NCBI GenBank assembly: GCA_028534125.1
Contig: CM052818.1
Coordinates: forward strand, 35,776,001 to 35,840,000
Direction: 5' to 3'
DNA from: Lama glama
Taxonomy: Eukaryota
DNA length: 64,000 nt
In this document: in pieces, positions 1 to 12,329 of the stretch
Numbering within the stretch: position 1 is the first letter of the stretch
Layout: each line of letters starts with the position of its first letter
Position numbers and translations under genes: made by a program
Notes under the pieces: model-generated
What the model saw: only the letters and a program-made list of their open reading frames with translations
Told to the model about the DNA's origin: nothing
Database searches by the model: none

Positions 1-770
1 GAACTTTCAAAGATGAAGGTGAAACAAAAACTTTTTCAGATATGTGAAACCTGAAAGAATTCATCACCAGCAGACCTGCACTATAAAAAATGTTAAATGA
101 AGACCTTTGGGCAGAAGGCAAATGATACCAGATGGAATTCTGGATCTACACCAAGGAATGAAGAACACTGGAGATAACTACGTGGGGAAATATAAAAAGC
201 TACTTATTCAAATTTTTAAAAATATAACTGACTATTTAAAGTAAAAATACTACTGACAGAATATTGTGGGGTAACATTGTAAAATGATTATAAATCAATA
301 AAAAATGTTAAATAAAATAAAATAAAAGTTGAGCAAACTAAAACAAACAAACAAACATATATAGACATGATATGTATGACCACAATAGCACGTAAGGGGA
401 GAAATGGAAATAAACTGTTGTGAGATTCTTATATTTATAAGAGGTGATATAATAGCACTTGAAGGTAGATAGTGACAAGTTAAAGATGTATACTATAAAC
501 TCTGAAGCAACCACTAAAACAACAAACAAAAGTTATATATAGTTAATAAGCCAACAAAAGAGATAAAATGAATTAAAATATTCAATTAAACCAAAAAAGG
601 CAAGAGACGGGACAAAGAGGAGACAATAAGATGAGCGATAGAAACCTTTAATATCGATATCAATAATCACATTAAATGTAAATGGGCTAACCACTCCAAT
701 TAAATGGCAGAGACTGTCAAATTGAATAAAAAAGCAAGACTCAACTATATAAGAAATACACTTTAAATGT
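1..770 (+). mobile_element. Old LINE-1 (L1M) fragment: end of ORF1, spacer, start of ORF2
   Basis: 'gaattcatcaccagcagacctgcacta' resembles the ORF1 C-terminus. Around 660-750 the sequence translates SIITLNVNGLTTPIKWQRLSN, like the L1 endonuclease N-terminus. Confidence 0.85.
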
Positions 771-1910
771 AATATTCTTTTACCTAATTCATTATATTTT
801 TTATTATTTTCTATTAATATACCAGAGGACAGTGAATAATTCTAATAACTGAATAACAACAAGGACAAGAAATAATCCTATTTAGTTCTTTTATTGTGCT
901 ATAATATATGGATCACTAAGTTGTTGGTTTTTTCCTTGCTGACTTTCTTAGGCTTACTATAAAATAGATGGGGAATAGATTTTTTAAAAAATTCATATCA
1001 AAAAGGAATTCTATAGAAAAGGTAATCAGTGTTTACATGTTTTTAAGACGTGCTATAAATTATGGCTATGTTGTCCTAGCCCAGACACAATAGTCTACTT
1101 TGCAGTTGCTGACAGAATAGTGACAAGGAGTTACCCCAATGATTCTCTTAAATATCACTTTGAATTTAATCATTCTCTCCTTAAAAATTTTTAGATGATT
1201 CTAAGATAAACTAAACATTTAGATGGCCTGCCACATCCCTAAAAATGTTACCATGTAAATCTGATCTAAATATAATACAAATATCCCCTTAACACTCATT
1301 AGGCTTTTCAATATCTATTCCCGCCTAGGTCATGCTGTGATAACCAGTCTTAGGGTTCTTTTCTACTTCTTCCTTTAGGCAAATTTTCCACAAAGCCTTT
1401 CCTAAACAGACCATTTTTCAGTGGTTAATTGCATATACCCCTAATCTGACAGAAGTATATGTATGGTCCTATGGGTGTCCATCTCTTACATAGCTATTTC
1501 CTCTTATTATGCAACTAATCCTTTGTTCATGTTGTGTCTCCCCAGCTTGTTAATATCTCCCACAGAGCTATCTTTGTACGTAGTAAGTACTCAGTTTGTT
1601 GAACTGAAAGGGAGAAATGGAGAAAATGTGTTTTGAATATAAAGGGGTAAGTTTCAAATCAATGTACTATACATATCATTTTACAATAAATATAAAATAC
1701 TAAAATCTCGTGAGACTAAAACCTTATAAGGTCTGTCAAAATTTCCATTGTATATCTTTATAAATAGTAATAATCAAAAGATAGTGGGAAAGAATAAAGA
1801 AGTGATTATTTCTGATGAGTAATTGTGAACATACTTGATTTTCCTTGGAAAAGTGAATTGTAGTGTGGTGTGTGTGCATGTGTAGCAAGTGTGCCAGTTG
1901 TGCCACTTAC

Positions 1911-2094
1911 CTGCTCAGGGCAAACAGTGTTCATTCCTGGCATCTGCAAAGAGCTCATTTGCATCTGGCCCATCATTGGGTTCATGTTCTGAACATTTGT
2001 GTTTCCACCAGCCATGGACACGGTGATGCTCATATTGTTGTACACTCCTGGCTGTGCAGGCGTGGGCTGGTTCTGGACAGCTTGACTGAACACA
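1911..2094 (-). CDS. NCOA1: NCOA1 coding exon 15/15, 184 nt
   Basis: cag|T then VFSQAVQNQPTPAQPGVYNNMSITVSMAGG...MNTVCPEQ, ending |gtaagt. Confidence 0.98.
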
Positions 2095-2799
2095 CTGTTA
2101 ACTCAAAAACAATGCCAATTACATCCACTGATCATGAACATGGGAAGAATGTGACTTGGACTCTTTTTCTTACTTATTAGACTGAATTCCAAAGAAAATA
2201 TTTTACATTCTTAGGTTACATGTAAGACTTTTTATCTTATTACAATATATAAGAACTAAGTATCATTCAGATGCATTCTAAACTCTGCCCAAGGGGTTTA
2301 ATAACTTAAAAGAGCTCATTTTAAGTTACAGTTATGTGGTCTAGTATCAGAGTTGTTAAGCTTCAATTATCTGAATAAGAAGGGAAATTTTCCACATAAG
2401 TACATCTTTCAGATAACTGAAGTTTACCCACTTAATAATCAAAATCATTCTAAAATGTATTACACTATTTTATCCTCTTAAACAAGGAATATCTATTTAA
2501 GCAAAGTGCCTAGCATATATACCAATCTTCAATAAATGTTCTCTGAATAAATTAACAAAGAAGTGAATGATTCAAAGGTAGCATTCTTCTTATATTGTGA
2601 TTGCTTGTGTATCCTCTTAGTAAGGGGAAGATGGTGTCATGTTCCATTTATTCCTTGTCTCTAGTAATAAGTGACACATAGCAGGCACTCAGTAAATATT
2701 TCATGAATGAATGAATTGTGGACATGGGTTATTACTCAGTGCTGCCAACTGATGAGGTTCAGACTACTTTTTATTAATAGATTTTTACTGTGTCTATAC

Positions 2800-2960
2800 C
2801 AGTGTTTTTAGAAGTGTAATTCAGAGACCATCTGCAAGAGAATTTCCTGGGATTCATTGAAAATTGAGACTCTCAGGCCTTACCCCAGCCCTAATGAACC
2901 ATATTTTCTAGGGGTGGGCATGGAAAGCTGCATTTCTAACTATTTATGCACATTAAAATT
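2800..2960. mobile_element. MER5-like hAT-Charlie MITE
   Basis: 'ctcaggccttaccccagccctaatgaaccata...ggggtgggc...ctgcatttctaac' resembles the MER5 core. Confidence 0.6.
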
Positions 2961-4904
2961 CAAAAGCCTTTATTCTGTGTCCTATTGCTTGCTGTCACTT
3001 CTCAAGGTTTTAGCTTCTGGCTACTTTCAATATGCTATAAACTAAGCAGAAACCAGAAATACATAACCAGATATTTTTATTTGCAAAATTTAATGTTTTT
3101 GAAGGTTTCAAAGGTCTTCTCAAGCCTAAAAATAGCTTCATGTCTTTTCTAGGAAGCAAAATGCAAGGGCAGTTATGGTTATCAGAAGGCTTGTTTGACA
3201 GACTCTCTTCCTCATCGCCAAATTCTGGACTGTCATTATGCCAAAGATTTCAGATGTTAAGCCAATTTCTATTAGTAGGTAGAACAGTATGGAATAAACT
3301 CCAAATAAATACATCTTGAAACTTTATATCTGAACCTTCCAAATTCTAAGTGATAACAGATACAACTAAAGGAAAATAATATGAATTGTGTCTTTTGTAA
3401 GTTCTACAAAACACCAAATGCTTTATGATTATCAATTTTTAAACAATAAGCTACTGGTAAAATTCCACCTATTTAATGTTAATTCTGAAGAATTTGATTT
3501 CAAAAATTATTTATCCCACCAATAGTTTATCTATTTCTTGCTAGCTCTTGAGAGGTAAGCAGGATGTACTGACATTTATGGTTTCCGGTAGATTAAAGTA
3601 ATCATACTGAAATTAACAAGCTGAGAAACAGCCTATTCATCATGTCTGAAGAAAAGTAGTGAATTTCCCCCAAGTAATTATAAAATACAAATGCTCAAAG
3701 AAAATTATATGCCTAGGAAATGGTCAATAATGCATCTGTGGACCATTAATGTCTGCACAGTGTGTATGCTTGTCAGACAGTGTCCCCACAACTGAAGGTG
3801 AGAAAAAAACCTATTAGTCTACTGCCCATTTTCTAATGAGAACATTTCTGCCTTAGACAGTGCTCATTTGTCAACTGATACATAGATCACCACTGTGGAG
3901 ACAGAGGGCTATGTAAGCTAATGCATACAGAAGCTTCAAGGACTGCAATGATGTCACACTTAGTGAAAAAATTTAGGATTTAATTTCTTTTCAAATTTAT
4001 ATGTGGGACTGTATATTAGCTTAAGTTCTTTCAAACTGCTCCTGCCAATAGTTCCATTTTAGTTTCTTCCATCATGGGAAGAAGACCAAGCCCTTCCACG
4101 GCATCAATCACTGTTCCAGGTTCTGGAATGAACTGTGAGGTTTAAGGGCACCTTAGGCCCAATGTGCGAAGGATCCTTCCCTTAACCTGCTTTCCTGATT
4201 GGCCTCGTGGCAGTCATCATAGTTTCCTTAAGCTAGCACCAGGTATTTGGTAGCCCCTGAATTGTGGGGGGGAAAGAGAAAGATGAAGACAAAGTGGGTT
4301 CCACAGATATTGTAGGAATTAACAAGCAGGGAGGAGTTCCTGGTCAAGTAACTCTGAGAAAAAAAGGGTTAAAGAACAGTCCTTCACCTTTAAAATGCTA
4401 GTAAGCCCTGGGATTCCCCTCTGTGACTAGAATTACACCAAAATACTGCCTGGTTCCAGGACAAATAGGTTTGGTTGACCCTTTATTTCTCTTGCCACCG
4501 GAGAGATAATGAAAAAGAATCACATTACACCCTCTCTGAACTCTATTACATCTGTTACATCAATCTGCTTAATGATTCTTTATTTAATGTTTTACTTCTC
4601 TCCAACTTACTCCTGTCACCAACGACACTCTTGGCCGTTTTCCCCTGTTCCTTATAGTATCCTGCACTTTGTGAAAGAGACAGTGAGTGGTCATAAACTA
4701 TACACTGTCTGTGTTGCCTAATAAGCTTTTATACATGAACCAAAGAAGCAAGTGTGAACGTTTGAAAAGCTGGTGATAACTATTTTCTTTTTCAAATGAT
4801 GTGGGAAAGTCAAAGTTCACAGAAACTGCTGAAGTACAACAGAAACTCAAGTCCATATTGAATCAGAATCCAAGAAATGATTCAGGAAGCAATAGGGAAT
4901 CTCT

Positions 4905-6300
4905 GTACTTATCTGTTCAACAGATGTATATTAAGTGCTTACCTGTTCTAAAGGATGGACATACAGAAGTAAACAAAAACAATGCCCTTGCTCTTCTGAT
5001 GCTTATATTCTAGTTGGAGGAGACAGGCCATAAACAGACAATGTATCAGGTGATAAGCATGATAAAAAGCAATACAGGGAAAGGATGGACCAAGAAGTGG
5101 GGAATGGTGTTTAGAAATGATGGTCAGGGAAGTTTAATATGGTGACATTCGATATCTGTGTCTAATAAGGTGACATTTAGGAGAGACTTGAAGTGTGAGA
5201 GAGCAAACCGAGTGGCTACTGAGAGAAGAACATTCCAGCAGAGGGATTTAAAAATGCAAAGGCCCTGAGTTTGCAATGTACTTGGCACATCTGAGGAACA
5301 GAAGAATAAACAGAAGCCAGTGTGGCAGAGTGAGTGATGAGAATAGCAGATGAAGTCAGAGAGATATCCAGGAGCAGAATTAGGTAGGGCGTCATAGGCC
5401 CTATACGGTATTTTGAATAAGTTGGAGAGTTTTGAGTAAAGGACTGACACGCTCCTCAGGTTTTAAAAGCATCACTCTGGCTACCACGTGGAGACTACAC
5501 TGTAGTGTAGCAAGGGTGGAAGCAGGGAGAAAGGAGGCCACTGCAATGGTCCAGGGAAAGGATAATGCTGGCTTACACTAAAGTGTATAAATAGGACAGG
5601 TAAGGAGTGAGAGCTGCTAAGAAGCTGATGTGATTTGCTGATGGATGTTTGATGTGGGATGTGAGACGAAGAGAAAAGGTATTCTTTTGAATAACTGGAA
5701 TGGAGTTGTTTACTGAGATGGGGAAAAGTAGGAGAGGAGCAGGTCTGGGGGAGTAAATCACTTTAGTCTTTGCCACGTCAAGTTTGAGATGCCTATTAGA
5801 CTTCTAAGTGGAGATGCTGATTATGCAGTTGTATATACAGTATGTGTTCAGGGAGAAGTCTGTGCTAGGCACTTAAATTTGGGAGTCATGAGCATAGAGA
5901 CAGGCATTATATCAGTAAGACTGAATGATATAACCACAAGAGCAAGTAGATAAGGGGAAGAGGTCCTAGAATGAGCTCTGAGGCCCTCAAATGGAGATCA
6001 GGGAGGTGAGGAAGATCCAGCAGAGACTGAGAAATAGGAGGAGAATCACCTTTTTCAAGAAAGTCATTCCAGAAATCAAATGAAAAAAAGAGCTTCAAGA
6101 AAGAGTAAATGCTCAAATATGTCAAGTGCTACCAATGATTGCATTTGACATTGTAGAGGACATTAACAACCTTGGCAATACTTTTGGTGGAATGAAAGCC
6201 TGATCAGTTCAATAAGGAACGGAAGGAGAGGAAGTGATGGAGTATCATCTTCTAGGGAATTTAACTGTGAAGGGGAGCAGATCTGTCAGTATGACTGTAT
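4905..6300 (-). mobile_element. LINE-2 3' portion
   Basis: Begins with the reverse complement of the L2 tail ('ttcaacagatgtatattaagtgcttac'), followed by typical purine-rich L2 antisense sequence ('aagtttgagatgcctattagac', 'aatttgggagtcat'). Confidence 0.85.
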
Positions 6301-7340
6301 TTTTTCTCAAGGCACATTTAAATGCTTAGGTGTAGGTATGAAGCAAGAGCTGAGTTGGATTTCATTAGGAAGCATTTTGCTAGGAACAAGTGCAACAGAA
6401 GGAGAGCTGGCAAGCTGAGAGTGCCTGTGAGGGAGTAACTGTAACGATGGACCATGGAATCTAAAGTAACTTTAGGAAGCTGGGATCAGAACACAGTACA
6501 AGACTAAATTCTTGCACATCACAGAGACTCTTCTATTTCTACCTAGTTTACACCAGTCCTCACTGAGAGCTACACAGTTCTCTAAAGTAAGATTTCCTCC
6601 CTCACCTTTCAATGAACTTTAAGAGAATACCGTCTTAAGTTTTCAACTTTAACTACCTTACTTATTATGTTGTCAGATCAAACAGTTTCCCTGTCATTAG
6701 AGCCAAGACACAACCAAATTAAAACCCTTATAAAATTCAAGTGATGTGTGAAAAGTTCAGCAGCCAGGATCTGGGAGAAAATGACTTTAGTAAAATAATT
6801 CTAAGCAAAATAGGCAAGATGAGGCCACTGAAAATCTAAAGATTCAAAAAGCTGCATAAGGCAGGATACCCTGAGAAGACTTAAAACCTCTATTGTTGCT
6901 GTGAAATCCTTCAAACAGAGAAGAGTGAAATTCATGTACCTACTGAATTCTAACATTTTACCATTCTTGCTTTAGATTTTTAAGATTTTTAATTATTTTT
7001 ATAAAGAATGACTTTTTAAAAAATACTTATTCCTACATCTGTCCAAGGGAAGCTCTGTTACTCGCTGGACTCAATCATACTCTTCAGGTGTGCTGGGATA
7101 GGATGAAAGGTTGGGGGCCACTACGTCACTTTTCTGTTCTATAAACACAAAGCTTGTCTTAAAAAGGACTTGAAACTTAAAGAATTTAAAAATCACTATT
7201 TGCTGATACCATAAAATTCAGCTCCCTGAATTTGCAAGTGGGCAGTAGCCAACAATCTTTTATTTGGCTTGTGAAAGCACGGTTTTTCTTATGTGCTGCA
7301 GAGTATCAGGGATGCTTATCTGTAAAAACTGCCCTCTTAC

Positions 7341-7512
7341 TTGTTTCCCATTGCTCCTTGCTGCCAGGCCTTCATGTCTGGTGACTGGTAGCCAGAAGTG
7401 GGTGGATTCTGCTGGAGCAGAGAGCTCTGAGGAGGAGGGATTGGCATCGGCACCATGGAGCTCCCCGGGCTTAGAGATGGAGCAAAGCTGGCCTCACCTT
7501 GGGGAACCATTC
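7341..7512 (-). CDS. NCOA1: NCOA1 coding exon 14/15, 172 nt
   Basis: tag|GA then MVPQGEASFAPSLSPGSS...DMKAWQQGAMGN, ending AA|gtaaga. Confidence 0.97.
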
Positions 7513-7869
7513 CTACAAATTGACACAAATTAATTTATGTGAATACACTATACATTTATTAACCCATAAAAAAAACCCAGAAGGATCCACCATAACATAG
7601 TTAGAAATAGTTTATTCAATAGAATAGGGAAAAAATTTCAATCTCTTAAAAATAAAACAGGAAATTTCAGTAAAAACAGATAGATAAACCAATGTATGAA
7701 ATAAACTTAGAAGAATGCTTCCAGTCACTAAGATACTGATTTGGGTACCATGATTATGTATGATTTCCTAGTCTATTCTTTTTTTTCTTGCATGAATTTT
7801 TAAGTGTAAAAAGCAGATATGAACATACATGAAAGATTACTTGCATAATAAAAATAAGCTGAAAAGGAT

Positions 7870-8270
7870 ATGAGATGATAGATGTTCACTAAACTTAGGA
7901 TAATCATTTCATAATGTATGTTAAGTCAAATCATTATGCTGTATACATTAAACTTACACAGTGCTGTATGTCAATTATATCTCAGTAAAACAGGAAGAAA
8001 AAATGAATAAGTCATGGAGATGTACTGTACAGCATAGTAATTATAGTTAATAATACTGTATTGTGTATTTGGAAGTAGCTAGGAGAGTGGATATCCACTT
8101 GAAAGTTCTTATCATGAGAAAAAAATTTTAACTGTGTATGGTGATGCATGTAAATGAACTTATTGTGGTGATTCTTTTGCAACATATACAAATTTCAAAT
8201 AATTATGTTGTACACCTGAAACTAATATAACGTATCAATTATAAATCAATAAAAATAATTTTAAAAATCT
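7870..8270 (+). mobile_element. Two adjacent L1M 3'-end fragments (L1MC/MB-like, then L1MA-like)
   Basis: Two separate L1 termini: 'tgctgtatgtcaattatatctcagtaaaa' (about 7990) and 'ttgtacacctgaaactaatataa...tcaataaaaa' (about 8255). Confidence 0.8.
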
Positions 8271-8389
8271 TTAAAAAGTAAGTTGAAAAGGGAAAAAGGT
8301 AAGAAAAATCCACGCAGAAAATGAAAAGTGAGAGAGTTCTGTCGGACACTCCTCAGCTGTCTTTATGGTCCCTTCTTCCCTTGTCTTTT

Positions 8390-9070
8390 TTTCCTTTAAG
8401 CTTTATTGAGATATAATCTACACAGCATCAAAGTCACCCATTGAACTGTATAAGTCAATAACTTTTAGTACATTTATAAAGTTGTTCAACCATCACCACA
8501 ATCCAGTTTAGACACCTGGTCACCCCCAAATTCCCTCGTGCTTGTTTGTAGTCAATCCCCACTCTCACCTGTAGCCTCAGGCAGCCACTGATGTGCTTTC
8601 TGTCTCTACAGATTTTCCTCTTATTGGAAACTTCATATAAGTGTAATTATGTGAGGTATTTTTTTGTCTGGCATCTTTCACTCAGAATAATGTTTCTGAG
8701 TTCAACCACTCTGTAGCATTTATCAGCAGTTTGTTCCTTTTTATTCAGGATGATGCTTATTAGCAGCCATTGATGTAACTGTGTTGAAAATCAACTGACC
8801 ATAAAAGGAAGGGTTTATTTATGGACTTTTTGTTCTGTTGCTGTAATCTGTATGTCTATAGTGGTACTAATACCTCACAGTCTTGATTGTTGTAGCTTTA
8901 TGATAATTTTTGAAGCTTGCAGTCATCAAACTTTGTTCTTCATTTTCAAAATTATCTTGGCTACTCTAGGTCCTTTGTATTTCTATATATTAGGAGAAGC
9001 TTATCAATTTCTCCAAAAAGCATGTTGATATTTTTGATAAGGATTGTGTAACTAGAAGATCAATTTGGAG
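8390..9070 (-). mobile_element. L1MB-like 3' fragment
   Basis: 'agctttattgagatataat...' is an antisense L1 terminus; 'ttgaaaatcaactgaccata...gggtttatt' is antisense ORF2. Confidence 0.8.
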
Positions 9071-9074
9071 TAAA

Positions 9075-10050
9075 TTACCATCTTTTTAGTATTTTTCTGA
9101 TTTCATTTTGTGTAGTTTCCATTGTTGTATCTTCAAGTCCACTAACTTTTTCTTTTGTAATGCCTAATCTGCTGCTTACCCCACCCAGTATATTTTTCAT
9201 CTCAGACATTGCAGTTTTTATCTCCAGAAGTTTGATTTTGGTTTTATTTATATCTTTCATACCTTCAGTGAACATGTTCAAGCTTTCCTCTAGCTTCTTA
9301 CACATACGTAACAAGTGCGTGATTTATAATTGTCTTAATTCTATCACCTGTATCATTTTCTGAGTTGGTTTTGATGACTGATTTTTCTCATTATTAGTTT
9401 TATTTCCCTGTATCTCTGAATGCCTGGTAATTAAAAAATTCAGATTCCAGGCTTAGTGAATTTTACCTTGTTAGGTGCTGAATTCTTTAAATTTCTTTAA
9501 GTCTAAATTTACGTGGTAACAGTTTTAGTTCTTTTGGGTCTTGTTCCTACAGAGTCAAAAGCAGGGTGTAGTCTGGTGCTTATTTTGCCTTGCTCCTGAG
9601 GCAAAGACATTTCTGAGTATTCTACTTGACACCTATGAATTCTGAGGTTTTCTCAGAAGAAGAAATGAACCTGTGTGAACTCTGAAGCTGTTCCTTCTAA
9701 TCTTTTCAGGTGGTTTTCCCTGGCCTTGGTTTGTACACATACACACTGATCAGTTCTCAACTGAAGACCTGAGCAGGACCCTCTCCACATCCTTGTGGTT
9801 CTCTCTTTGTATGGTTCTCTCCTCTCTGGTTCTGTGCCCTGAAACCTCTACCTGCCATGGTTTATCTGGACTCCAAAATCCATTGCCTCAACTCTTGGAA
9901 ACCACTTGCTCCTGTTGGATTCCCTCTCCCTGCATCACAGTGTAGGCAATTTCTAGAACTACTGTTTGACATTTTTTGTTTGTTTCAGATGGAAAAATAA
10001 ATCTGGCCCCTGTTACTCCATCTTGACCACAAGTGGAAGTCTCTAAGAAT
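9075..10050 (-). mobile_element. Old L1M 5' region with ORF1 coiled-coil remnant
   Basis: ORF 9075..9314 (EIKTAMSEMKNILGGVSSRLGITKEKVSGLED) resembles the L1 ORF1p heptad region. Confidence 0.75.
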
Positions 10051-11224
10051 TTAAAAGAGCAAAAATGGGTCTCTTTTTATGTTTTCTGTTATGCTTTGCA
10101 TTTTTTCTTTTTTTCCTAACAAAATATATTTCACAGTTAAATAGTACTGAGGTATAGACAGTTATAAAGGTGCAGGAAAAAGAATGTCATAATTTGATTA
10201 CCCATAATTTAGTATAATTCCTTCAAATCTTCCTCTATAAAGTCTCACATAATTTTGTGACCTGCTTCTTTCCCTTATCATTATATCAGAAGCATGTTTC
10301 TTGCCCTTAATGTCTCTTTGTAAACATAACTGTAGATGCCTTTGTAATATTTTGTGTTCTGTCATTATTAATACAATGCCTTTTCTCTTTTTTTGTTTGG
10401 TTAATCTGACCCGAGATGTGTTAATTTATTCACTTTGTTTTCTATAGGCTACAATTTAAAAAATATTTAACATTTTCCATGTAAGTTGAAACAACTGTAG
10501 ACTTTTTATAGTTTTTCCTTTCACTAAATATTTACTTCTTTTCTTGGTAAAGTTTATGTAAATAAAGCTACATATTTTCTCTGCTTCCTCCATAAGTAAT
10601 TTAATCTCGTAAACAATTTTGACTTTGAATTTATGGAGAAATTATTTTTTCATTTATGACTCTAGAGGGTGGGTTTTTCCTACATCATCTTCATTTTTAT
10701 ATTTACAGTCTTTGCATTAATTCCACATTTTAAATATTAACTCTTCTGGTTGTGATCCTTAAAAAAAACTTGTCTGTTCCTAATGCATTTTTTACTTTAT
10801 TTACAATGAAATAATTTCTTTCAGGAAAAAAATTTATATGTGAGGGGGAGAAAGATACTTATCACATTCTGGATATTACTCTGTGGGGTCAAAGTTAAAC
10901 AATAAATAAGACTGCAAGTACATCAGCATGCTTTTTGACTTTTCTTTCTGGCCTCATCTCACATTCTAACTGCCCATGTTTCCCTTATCAGATGACCTAG
11001 TTTCAGAAGAAAGAACCAGTCTGTGAATAACGAATCTGAAGGGGTAGTTAGAGTTCTGGACCTAGTTCTGCCACTACACTGGATCTCAGATTCTTTGGAC
11101 CAGATAATCTTGTTCCTTCTAGTTTAAAAATTCTACAATTCTGTCTTTGTCTAGATTATGCTGTCTCCCTGCTGGACAATAAATAGCATCACAGACATCT
11201 GGCAGCAACTAGAATTAGGACTCA

Positions 11225-11770
11225 TTCTTATACTAAAAGATTCATTGAGCATCTACTCTCCCCACAGACCACTATGCTATCAGCATTTGAGAAAGATTTA
11301 AAAAAAAAAAAGGTCATACTTTGCTCACTCAAGGAGACTGCTCTTTAAAAAGAAAGGAAGCTGTTGAACAACTGTCCATAAGATGGGGTGGTGAGTGCTT
11401 GTGATCAGGAGCATCAGGGAGGGCTTACCAGAGGAGATACCTCTGAGAGGAGGGAGGGACAGGAATGAGACAGGCGAGGGAAGGACATTTTAGACAGAGG
11501 ATACAGTATATACAAAGAGATGTAAGTAAAAGAGAGCAAGGTAGGTATTCTTTCTTGGAACTTGAGAGGTTTGTTAAGTTGGAACATTGAGACATGGAAG
11601 GAAGGGGAAATGGAGTTGATGACCCTAGCTCTGGACAAGTTTGGGGTGCTGGTGAAAAATTCAAGTGTGTCTGTCCAGCAGGCAGCTGTATACATGAGCT
11701 GGTTTAGAGACAGAGAACAGTGATCAGCGTGAAGGAGTAGACGAGATCACTCACGAGAGAGTGGAGTAGC
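11225..11770 (-). mobile_element. LINE-2 fragment
   Basis: Antisense L2 tail 'attcattgagcatctact' followed by degenerate L2 body. Confidence 0.6.
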
Positions 11771-12104
11771 ATGTTTACTGCAGTTCACAGAAGAGGGAGC
11801 TCTGGATTGGCTTCAAGGAATTCATGAAATAGGTACAAAAACTTAAAAAAAAAATTTTCCCTCCTATTTTCTTTGAATATTACCATAGTATAAAATAAAT
11901 TTTAAATGTCTAATTCTGTTCTTGTGCACTCATTATCATGGCATGATAGACAAGAAAAATTTTCTGTTTTCAGAAATAAAAGAAAGACTACTCTGTCATT
12001 ATTATCACCTACACATTTCTTCATTTACTTTGGGCCTATATTAAGCTAAAAGATGCCAAAGCAAAGGACTATAGCAAAGCTAATGTAGCCATCCTTTGGT
12101 TTTA

Positions 12105-12275
12105 GTATCATCAACTTTTTCTGAGAAGGGCTCATTAATAAATATTTTTGGTTTTGCAGCCCATAAGGTTTCTGTAAGAACTATATAACTCTACTGTGTG
12201 AAGTCAGCCATAGACAGCATGTAAACTAAAGAGCATGGTTGTGCTCCAGTAAAACTTTATTTATAAAAACATGGG
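12105..12275. mobile_element. MER58A-like hAT MITE
   Basis: 'aaatatttttggttttgcagcccata...cagccatagacagcatgtaaac...gtgctccagtaaaactttattta' resembles MER58A. Confidence 0.8.
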
Positions 12276-12329
12276 TTTGTTATTTTGTTTTGTTTTGTTT
12301 TGTTTTTTGAGAAGGCTTGATTTGAAAAG

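Noticed and set aside
1863..2180. Plus-strand ORFs overlapping exons (also 7264..7533, 15595..15897, 23736..23999, 36494..36715, 38291..38566, 51989..52210)
   Set aside because: These are antisense shadows of NCOA1 coding exons, with no independent protein similarity or gene structure.
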